Virus record (IMG/VR): IMGVR_UViG_3300047198_000034
Span: 1 to 56,587 of that record
DNA: 56,587 nt
Reading direction: 5' to 3' (one strand)
DNA from: a virus
Taxonomy: Duplodnaviria; Caudoviricetes
In this document: positions 50,104 to 56,587 of the stretch, piece after piece
Position numbering within the stretch: position 1 is the first letter of the stretch
How the letters are laid out: each line of letters opens with the position of its first letter
Notes under the pieces: model-generated
The model's database searches: none
What the model was told of the DNA's origin: nothing
Seen by the model: only the letters and a program-made list of their open reading frames with translations
Position numbers and translations under genes: made by a program

Positions 50104-50915
50104 TTCTCCCAATAAAAGGGTTGAATAATGTTCGTATGCCCCATCAAAGCTCCTGTATAAGGTTCTGATACTGTCTTACCCTCAAGAGTCCTTGCAACTG
50201 TCCACCAATGAGCCAGAAATATCTTGACCACTTCATTTTTGGCTGCATTATGAACATGTCCCTTTTCCCATTCAGGATGATTCTTTTGATGCTTCGCCTT
50301 ATGTTGTAAAAGCAGGGCCTTATATGGATGATCATCTTTTTGTCTATTGAATTCCTCACCAATATGAAAACCCACCGTCCGCCCCACCGTTGACCAGTTT
50401 GACAAAGTACCTTTTTTCCGCTTTGGCATAACACCCTCAACTACATGTCTTCCCATATAGGCCCACCATTTTGATATTGTTGGGAAGTCCTTGTACTCCA
50501 ATCGATGCTTCAAAAGACCTTCCTTCGCTGTCTTTCCACAATCAACACATTTTAATTTATGCTCATTCTTTTCCAACTTGCCGCCGCAGTCTTTACAGAC
50601 CGGAATGAATCGATAATAAAACAAAATTATCATTTGGGCTGCAATATAAGGCCCGATTCCTGGTATTTTCTTTGCCCATAATTCCCAAATATCCCATTGC
50701 TTCAACTCCTTTTCAATTTCTCTATTAATCCGACCTTTTACTGTTTCTAATCCTGCCTCTGCCTTTTGTCCCTTTAAAAGCGTATCAAATTTTTCTTCCC
50801 GTTTTTCTCCTGGTAAAGATTGAAGCCTCTGTTTTGTTGATGCAATTAATTGAGTAACCCCTTGATATGTCCTTACCAAAAAATTCAAATATTTTATTCC
50901 CTGTTCGTTTGTCAT
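49962..50915 (-). CDS. tasA: TIGR-associated Nop-domain protein without nuclease (TasA-like), with a Zn-ribbon insertion
   Basis: Coiled coil, then IPGIGPYIAAQMI, FPTISKWWAYMG, PKRKKG...NW, HPYK, GHVHNAA...KIFLAHWW; no N-terminal DEDD RuvC and no HNH motif; flanked by arrays. Confidence 0.82.
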   Translation of the reverse strand: MTNEQGIKYLNFLVRTYQGVTQLIASTKQRLQSLPGEKREEKFDTLLKGQKAEAGLETVKGRINREIEKELKQWDIWELWAKKIPGIGPYIAAQMIILFYYRFIPVCKDCGGKLEKNEHKLKCVDCGKTAKEGLLKHRLEYKDFPTISKWWAYMGRHVVEGVMPKRKKGTLSNWSTVGRTVGFHIGEEFNRQKDDHPYKALLLQHKAKHQKNHPEWEKGHVHNAAKNEVVKIFLAHWWTVARTLEGKTVSEPYTGALMGHTNIIQPFYWENASELTIETQLTNASDPLPEIQQISASDEEVEIQVLSAPSPSIEARV

Positions 50916-50934
50916 CTCGACACCTCCTTTTTTT

Positions 50935-51105
50935 AAATTCGCATCTCTTGCTTGGGTTTCAACCTGACGGTCGCTCGCATAATGTTCCTGGGTTTCAGCA
51001 CGCCCATCGCTCGCATTGTATTTGTGGGTTTCAAAAAGCCGATCGCTCGCATTAGGATATTGGGTTTCAAGCCGATTATCGCTCGCATATTGCTTCTGGA
51101 TTTTA
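50935..51105 (-). ncRNA. TIGR-type dual-repeat guide array 1 (4 full units plus a partial)
   Basis: Same repeats, directly upstream of the tas RBS. Confidence 0.9.
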
Positions 51106-51318
51106 TTGGCTTTTTAGATTTCTACATATTATCACACTAACCGTTTCATCACCTCCCCACCGCCCGGCATCAAGAATATTAGGATTTTCAGTTTCCAAAA
51201 GAATACGATAGGATTTATCCAAACTCACAAGTGACTTTGCCCGTATTTCCTTAATCACTCCGATAAATTCAATCTTTTCATTCATGATCGTTTTCTCCTT
51301 ACCAATATTTAATAACAA
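51103..51318 (-). CDS. Small hypothetical protein
   Basis: Likely start MNEKIEF; its stop lies in the first degenerate array repeat. Confidence 0.5.
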   Translation of the reverse strand: MLLNIGKEKTIMNEKIEFIGVIKEIRAKSLVSLDKSYRILLETENPNILDAGRWGGDETVSVIICRNLKSQ

Positions 51319-51422
51319 AATGACCCGTGATATAAATCATTGTTACCCAAAACAAAAAAGTGATTCCAATTAAAATTGCTAAAATAAGGCTATTTTTCAT
51401 CTTCTCATTTCTCTCTCTTGGA

Positions 51423-52040
51423 TTATTTTTTTAACAAATAACCTATTTCTTTAATCCCATAAAATAATAGGATCTCGGCAGCCTTCATTAAATCAAAAAT
51501 ATTGATCGCCATCTTTGGAGTTACTTCCAGCTCGAATTTGACAGTATCATCGCCATAGGCTTCGATTCGGGGTCCCAATCCTTTAATTAGATCGTAAACA
51601 TAAATCGAAGGTTCTTGATTATCTTCTTTAAATTCAACCCGAAAATAATCGGCTAACTTTTGAATATTAGCTCTTCTTTTTAGGTGATAATCATTCGATT
51701 GTTTAACCTGATTGATGGCCTTTTCGAGTTCAGGCAGATAAACAGGCAAGAACCGTCTTTCGATATCCCTCGCTATTTGCTCAGAACTTTTGGTAACAGA
51801 GACATAGATTGAGGATTTAGATTCATAACAGCCAGATTCCCCCCTTATGGATGTCGGGAAATCGCCAGTAATATGAACTTTCTGCTCAGTAGCGATGGAA
51901 ATCCTGATCTTCTGATATTCCTTGATTAGATGTGCCCATCTTTGCCATTTCATATCCTCATCTGATGGGAATTCTACGCTCATTTTTAGGATAATGGCAA
52001 CTTGACCTATTTTATTTTTAAATTCTTGAGTTTCCATCAT
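51423..52040 (-). CDS. Hypothetical phage protein
   Basis: 205-aa ORF with RBS. Confidence 0.6.
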   Translation of the reverse strand: MMETQEFKNKIGQVAIILKMSVEFPSDEDMKWQRWAHLIKEYQKIRISIATEQKVHITGDFPTSIRGESGCYESKSSIYVSVTKSSEQIARDIERRFLPVYLPELEKAINQVKQSNDYHLKRRANIQKLADYFRVEFKEDNQEPSIYVYDLIKGLGPRIEAYGDDTVKFELEVTPKMAINIFDLMKAAEILLFYGIKEIGYLLKK

Positions 52041-52497
52041 AATTTCCTTTTCTTTATAAAAACCCCTCTTTTTCGATTTTACTTACAGGAGGTCTTTCAA
52101 ATCTTTTTTTTCTTTTTTGGCGCTTAACCTCTATGTCGAGGTGTCTACCTGGGGATATTCTTAATCCTGTCTTTTCCAGGGCAAGGATAAGGTTAGGGGC
52201 CTCAATCTCACCTTGACAGATAGTCTTTCTCTTGCCTAAATATTCCAGGTTATTGGATCCTGTCCAAAGATTGAACTGGAAGAGCATCAGACCTCCTTTA
52301 ATATTTCCTCATAAAGTTCCTGACAATCTTGAAGTAACTTAATCGCTTTTATTATCATTTTGGGAAAAAGTTTAAATTGATCTCTTATAGCTTCCTCTCC
52401 AGCCTTTTTTGATTGCCAAACTCTGTTTTCGATTTCGTTCCGAAGTGATATATTAATACCTTGTTTCTTAATTTGTTCTATTTCTTCCCTTATCATT

Positions 52498-52833
52498 TTA
52501 GACCTCCTTCATTAATTCGGGATTGGAATAAATATCGCCGATGACCTCACCTGTGAAATAGGCATAGAAATTTATTTGATATAGAGATTGCTTTGGTTTA
52601 GCAATAAAACCAGAGGAATCATTGCTCATTTTATAAATAATCTCACAAATATCGCCATTAGGAATCTTAACAATATCCCCTTCATAAATCTCCTTGCCAT
52701 TCTTATCGAGGAGGCCGATGAACTGCATAAGTTCATAATATTCAGGACGACAACGGTAATCAATGTCTTCTAAATCAAAATACTCCATTTTATTTTCCAA
52801 TTTATTCCATGCCCTAAATTTTATCTCTCTCAT
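52498..52833 (-). CDS. YopX family protein
   Basis: MREIKFRAW...LMQFIGLLDKNGKEIYEGDIV...EVIGDIYSNPEL. Confidence 0.92.
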   Translation of the reverse strand: MREIKFRAWNKLENKMEYFDLEDIDYRCRPEYYELMQFIGLLDKNGKEIYEGDIVKIPNGDICEIIYKMSNDSSGFIAKPKQSLYQINFYAYFTGEVIGDIYSNPELMKEV

Positions 52834-53229
52834 TCAGATCTCCTGAATTATGATCTTTCCTTCTCTTCCCCAAAGTTTGGTTATGTGGATATCATAAATC
52901 CCTGAATCGTCTGAATAAATTGCGTCTGAAATTCCTTTCCCCAAATTATCCCAATCCGGTGTTTGCATATGGGGCTTACCATCATATTGTAGTTTTTTCT
53001 TCTCGCTCCACGAATCTGGCATCGGCAGAACAAAAGTAACATGGCTCCCATAACAAGGCAGCACGACTTTTTCTAATCTACATTGAAGACAAAAATCTCG
53101 ATATTTCTTTACCCGGGGGCGTGAAGGGTCAAGCCACTTATCTCTTCTCGTCATCCTGGGTTTTGCGATGGGAATGATGGAATATTCTTTTTTCATCTTC
53201 TTATCAGGGCAAAATTGCCTGTTAATCAA
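52834..53229 (-). CDS. rusA: RusA-like Holliday junction resolvase
   Basis: PIAKPRMT...FVLPMP.SWS...PDWDNLGK.I.DA...DD..I. Confidence 0.85.
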   Translation of the reverse strand: MINRQFCPDKKMKKEYSIIPIAKPRMTRRDKWLDPSRPRVKKYRDFCLQCRLEKVVLPCYGSHVTFVLPMPDSWSEKKKLQYDGKPHMQTPDWDNLGKGISDAIYSDDSGIYDIHITKLWGREGKIIIQEI

Positions 53230-53371
53230 TGGTTATCTTTTAAATATGAGACATCTCCAAATCTGTCGAAACAAACCTCTGCCTAAATGGATATGCAAAT
53301 TTTTTCCTGTTCGTCTTACTTCCCATTCATCGTTTATTTTCCTCATCTTAAACATATTGAACCTCTAAAAA

Positions 53372-53457
53372 AGATAACCAGCGGGTCGAGGCGAGCATCA
53401 ATGTCCCGCTACTAAAGGTAAGAGTGAATGCTCGCCGCCTCACCCTTGACGTTATAC
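53372..53457 (+). repeat. attC site 1
   Basis: AGATAAC...GGGT(C)GAGGCG...CGCCTCACCC...GTTATAC. Confidence 0.8.
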
Positions 53458-53694
53458 GTATTGATTAAAAAATCTTAATAAGAAAGTGATTCTCATGCGT
53501 TGATTGAATCTATTATCAACCAATGCAGATCTTAAACCTGTAACCCGAACGATCCGATATGGATATGGACAAAAGTAATCTCCACATGAGCAACAAAGTC
53601 GATGTCTCCAAATAAAAGAAAAAAGGCGTATAACAAATCGCTTGAGCCGATGCGAAATAGCTCTTATAGTTTTATTTTCAGTTCTGTGGCGCAC
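53452..53694 (-). CDS. Cassette ORF, hypothetical
   Basis: Stop TAA coincides with the TTA of the attC core. Confidence 0.45.
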   Translation of the reverse strand: MRHRTENKTIRAISHRLKRFVIRLFSFIWRHRLCCSCGDYFCPYPYRIVRVTGLRSALVDNRFNQRMRITFLLRFFNQYV

Positions 53695-53714
53695 GGCTCA
53701 CCTCATCGTTATGT
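53628..53714 (+). repeat. attC site 2
   Basis: GTATAAC...TGAGCCG(A)TGCG...CGCACGGCTCA...GTTATGT. Confidence 0.8.
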
Positions 53715-53909
53715 TGATCTATGATTCCATGCCTTAACTGCTAATTGTTTCGTAGATCGTATAAAATAAGATTCTGCACAAGATGAATATGGGCAAGATA
53801 TATCCCATAAATCTTCTGCCATCTGAGTCAAGGTGGGTTTACGGCCACAAAAGGGGCAACCCAACATAACAACCGGCTGCACTTGACCGTGATTAGCTTT
53901 CTTTTTCAT
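53709..53909 (-). CDS. Cassette ORF, Lar (restriction alleviation)-like Zn-ribbon protein
   Basis: CPFCG...ISC...C.....AVKAWN.R. Confidence 0.7.
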   Translation of the reverse strand: MKKKANHGQVQPVVMLGCPFCGRKPTLTQMAEDLWDISCPYSSCAESYFIRSTKQLAVKAWNHRST

Positions 53910-53948
53910 TATACCCCCGTATCCGGCAAGTGAGCCGGAATGTTAGCA
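53864..53948 (+). repeat. attC site 3
   Basis: ACATAAC-AA-CCGGCT(G)CACTTG(A)CCG...CGGCAAGTGAGCCGG-AAT-GTTAGCA. Confidence 0.88.
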
Positions 53949-53949
53949 C

Positions 53950-54282
53950 TCAAGCCTGTATCCTCTTCAATTCTTCTTCGGCTTTCTTGGTGCGTTTCTC
54001 GAAATCGGCCCAATATCCAGCAGCTTCATTCCGCAATGCCGCAATCTTTAGGTATGCCAAATGGAGCTTGTCGCCGTTCTCCAATGCCTTTTTGTCGCAT
54101 TCGTGGCAATACAGTCCATCACCGCTCCCGGAGAAGTGAACACCATGTTCGTACTCTATCGCGGCAATCTTCGTGCAATCGTAACAAAATTCTTTCCCAC
54201 AGATGATGCACTTTTGATATCCACTCGCCTCTTTTCCGCATATGTCACAAAATGTCCTTTCGACTATCACTTGCCTTTTCAT
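53950..54282 (-). CDS. Cassette ORF, Cys-rich Zn-finger protein
   Basis: CDIC...CIIC...FCYDC...YCHEC. Confidence 0.65.
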   Translation of the reverse strand: MKRQVIVERTFCDICGKEASGYQKCIICGKEFCYDCTKIAAIEYEHGVHFSGSGDGLYCHECDKKALENGDKLHLAYLKIAALRNEAAGYWADFEKRTKKAEEELKRIQA

Positions 54283-54319
54283 TGTCCATCTCCTTTCGGA
54301 ATTAAGAAATCTAAAAACG

Positions 54320-54404
54320 TGCTAACAATCGCTTCGAGAGGGACGCATGATAGTTGGGTGCTATGGCTTCTCTGTGCCTGCGCCCCTCAAGCGAAGTGTA
54401 ATAA
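54320..54404 (+). repeat. attC site 4 (R' degenerate)
   Basis: TGCTAAC-AA-TCGCTT(C)GAGAGGG(A)CGCA...TGCGCCCCTCAAGCGA-AGT-GTAATAA. Confidence 0.82.
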
Positions 54405-54871
54405 CTTTCTCAAATTCCTTAATTTCCATATCATCCTCCTTTCAAAAGAAATTAAAAGCGGCATAGATCAGACGCTGAATAGCCCTTGTCATTTTTAACC
54501 ATCCTCTCTCCGGCGCAGATCATGCCGGATGTTATTCGTTCCACATCCATTTCCAGATACTTCTAATAAATAACCATGTCACGCAGGCAGCGCCTCCGAA
54601 TGCCATAAGGAAAATGCCAAGAACCACCATCCCTAAGACTCCGATTGGATTCTCAAGTTCTATTTCCACTGGTTATCTCCTTATTGAAGCAATGATTTTA
54701 CTTTATCTAAAGAGGGGCCAGCGACTATCTTCTGGAGAACTCCCTTAATATCAACCTCTCCTTCGGGAAGTAGGATTTGAAAAACGACTTGCTCCCGGCT
54801 TCTATGGTTAAAAAATTTCTTATCATTGCCATCCCGTACTTCCTCCTCAGAAATCTCAATCTTGAATCGTT

Positions 54872-55123
54872 TCATTTTCGTTCTCCTTCTACTTTCTCAT
54901 AAGTTGCTTCAAAAATATCTGGCTTACAAGGATATCTTTCTCCCTTTATCCCCGTAATAATCCAATCTCCAGGAGTTACTTCGTGGCCCTCTTTTGATTC
55001 AACAGTACCAATGCTAAATCCGGTCGGAGACTTTAAATCTTCTTTTATCCCATCAGGCCATGGTTTAACTGTTGGAATAAATAACGATGCTTCGATCACC
55101 ACTGGTTTCTTTCTAAATTTCAT
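54872..55123 (-). CDS. Conserved small phage protein
   Basis: MKFRKKPVVIEA...PGDWIITGIKGERYPCKPDIFEATYE. Confidence 0.8.
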   Translation of the reverse strand: MKFRKKPVVIEASLFIPTVKPWPDGIKEDLKSPTGFSIGTVESKEGHEVTPGDWIITGIKGERYPCKPDIFEATYEKVEGERK

Positions 55124-55302
55124 TTTTCATCCCTTCTTATCGTTTTCATATTCTAAGTCCCAATCCAGTATATCAATCATCGGGATTATAAAATTTCTCA
55201 TTTTTCCATCTTCAGACATAAAAAGAATAAGATTTTGATCTTCTGCATCGGTTGTAATATGCCACGGATCTTGTTTTAGCCAGAGTTTTAAAACAGGAGT
55301 CA

Positions 55303-55566
55303 TTATTTTTTCTCTTTTACCTCTGCCCCGCACATCGGGCATTTTTCTATTTTTTTACCGCCGGTAATCAGGTAGTGACCGAGTAACCACAAATCATCAT
55401 TTTTAAATCCATAACTCATAAACTCCTTAAAATCTTTACACCATTTACATTTCACTAACGGTTTTTGTTCTAATTGGTCGTGGTGACAATGCTGGTATGG
55501 AGCCACATAATAATTACTCCCGTACTTCCCCCTTAACCATTCACGACATTCATAACAAAGGCTCAT
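55303..55566 (-). CDS. Cys-rich hypothetical protein
   Basis: CYEC, CKWC, CPMCG. Confidence 0.55.
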   Translation of the reverse strand: MSLCYECREWLRGKYGSNYYVAPYQHCHHDQLEQKPLVKCKWCKDFKEFMSYGFKNDDLWLLGHYLITGGKKIEKCPMCGAEVKEKK

Positions 55567-55610
55567 AATCTCTCCTTTCCGGCCTTATTCTTTTCTAATT
55601 TCCCTTTCTT

Positions 55611-56159
55611 TTAAGATGGCGGCTCAAATCTTTTTTTCAACCCCAAAAAGCATTCTAACTGCCCCTTTAAAATCCAATGCCATCCTTCCCAATTACAGAT
55701 TCGGATCTTTTCCTCATCTGTGGGCAGATTTTTTAGGGTTTCCCAACAAGTATTATTATCCAGGATTCTATTTTTGAATTTCTCAAGGGGTGGCATATCA
55801 GCCCAAAACTTCCTAGAAAATGGAAGAATAAGTGTTGAAATCCACTTAGCGGAAATATCAAATATAAAATTAAAAATATATCCGCCTGCCTCGATAGACT
55901 CGCCTGCCTTGATAGACCCGTCTGCCTTGATAGACCCGCCTGCCTTGATAGACCCGCCTGCCTCGATAGACCAGCCTGCCTCGATAGACCCGCCTGCCTC
56001 GATAGACCCGCCTGCCTCGATAGACCCGTCTGCCTCGATAGACCAGCCTGCGTCTAATAGAATCGATATTTCAAACTTCACCAATGTTTTAAAAAATAAT
56101 ATTTTTTTATCATAATCCTTATATTTCTCTAAATCCTTTATTGTTTTAACTACATCCAT
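55611..56159 (-). CDS. Phage protein with SIEAGG hexapeptide repeats
   Basis: About nine 18-nt units at 55882-56050 encoding SI(E/K)A(G/D)(G/W). Confidence 0.75.
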   Translation of the reverse strand: MDVVKTIKDLEKYKDYDKKILFFKTLVKFEISILLDAGWSIEADGSIEAGGSIEAGGSIEAGWSIEAGGSIKAGGSIKADGSIKAGESIEAGGYIFNFIFDISAKWISTLILPFSRKFWADMPPLEKFKNRILDNNTCWETLKNLPTDEEKIRICNWEGWHWILKGQLECFLGLKKRFEPPS

Positions 56160-56275
56160 AAAATTCCCTCCTTTCCGCCTTGTTTTACCCTACCCGGGAT
56201 CAGGTTTATGTCAAATATGGATCGTATACTGGGAACATTGGCATCACCTCCTTTCCGGCCCCACCGAAGCGGGGC

Positions 56276-56557
56276 CTATGTGGATTTTGGCGCATAATAA
56301 GTTTCATAAGGTTGTGATTGGAATCTTGATGGAATCCACCAGCAATCTCCATATTTTTTACATTTCCAAGGCGTTCTACATCCGGTTTCGCAAGGAGGAT
56401 TTTCCCACCATGAATCATAGCAATCATCACAGATATGACTTTGAGCAGTTTGATAATCGCTCCATCCCCCATATCCCTCTCCAATATGGGTTTCTTTATT
56501 GATTATCAATATTTCTGATTTACATTCATCGCAGAATAATTTCTCATTTAAAAGCAT
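56276..56557 (-). CDS. Cys-rich hypothetical protein
   Basis: RBS AGGGGG; CDEC, HICDDC. Confidence 0.5.
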   Translation of the reverse strand: MLLNEKLFCDECKSEILIINKETHIGEGYGGWSDYQTAQSHICDDCYDSWWENPPCETGCRTPWKCKKYGDCWWIPSRFQSQPYETYYAPKST

Positions 56558-56587
56558 AATTTCCCCCTGAATTTAGCTTTTTAACAG

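Larger units (their letters stand above)
53232..54404 (+). mobile_element. Array of four integron-type gene cassettes without integrase (CALIN-like)
   Basis: Four attC-like sites; each cassette's leading GTT core is the exact reverse complement of its own R'' (8-10 nt). Confidence 0.85.
1..56587. mobile_element. Bacteriophage genome (HK97-type head, long non-contractile tail), probably complete and circularly permuted
   Basis: Terminase-portal-protease-capsid-neck-tail tube-TAC-tape measure-Dit-lysin order; replication and early genes continue across the window ends; no host housekeeping genes seen. Confidence 0.93.

Noticed and set aside
50808-50825. Possible self-target of the guide GGGAAATCT+TTACCTGGC in tas, and 13-14/18 matches of other guides near 1650, 21420 and 47005
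   Set aside because: Matches of 12-14 of 18 are expected by chance in a 57-kb AT-rich genome
49962-50915. IS110 transposase / insertion sequence
   Set aside because: Only C-terminal Nop-like motifs are present; no DEDD RuvC domain, no catalytic-serine loop; surrounded by guide arrays
48658-51105. CRISPR array interpretation of the periodic repeats
   Set aside because: The repeats are two alternating 9-mers with 9-nt spacers, not 23-47 nt repeats with ~30-nt spacers, and no cas genes are present
48581-51140. Plus-strand ORFs over the arrays (48581-48985, 48820-49059, 49617-49805, 49747-49950, 49824-50075, 50867-51055, 50952-51140) and minus-strand 49712-49942
   Set aside because: 12-aa periodic translations that follow from stop-free repeat frames; no evident RBS
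55882-56050. 18-nt tandem repeat as another guide array
   Set aside because: No variable spacers; it is in-frame coding sequence for SIEAGG hexapeptides

Overview
An apparently complete, circularly permuted ~56.6 kb HK97-type siphophage genome, with almost all genes on the minus strand. It carries replication/recombination genes, a divergent XRE repressor/Cro switch, lysis, tail, head and packaging modules, and no recognisable integrase. The standout is a TIGR-Tas-type RNA-guided locus at 48658-51105. Three 36-nt-period dual-repeat arrays (9-nt repeat / 9-nt spacer / 9-nt repeat / 9-nt spacer, ~25 units) are interleaved with a nuclease-less Nop/IS110-C-terminal-like protein carrying a zinc-ribbon insertion and an uncharacterised partner gene. 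A second unexpected system is an integrase-less array of four integron-type gene cassettes (53232-54404) with attC sites and all ORFs in reverse orientation. Also notable: a DNA methyltransferase with four SPPY modules and an in-frame HNH insertion, a c4/CI-like antisense leader before the replication gene, dispersed inverted-repeat elements at 4.9-5.6 kb, glycosyltransferases inside the neck/tail module, and a tail FN3 domain split by an in-frame TGA. All family calls are by eye from motifs and synteny; no database search was run.
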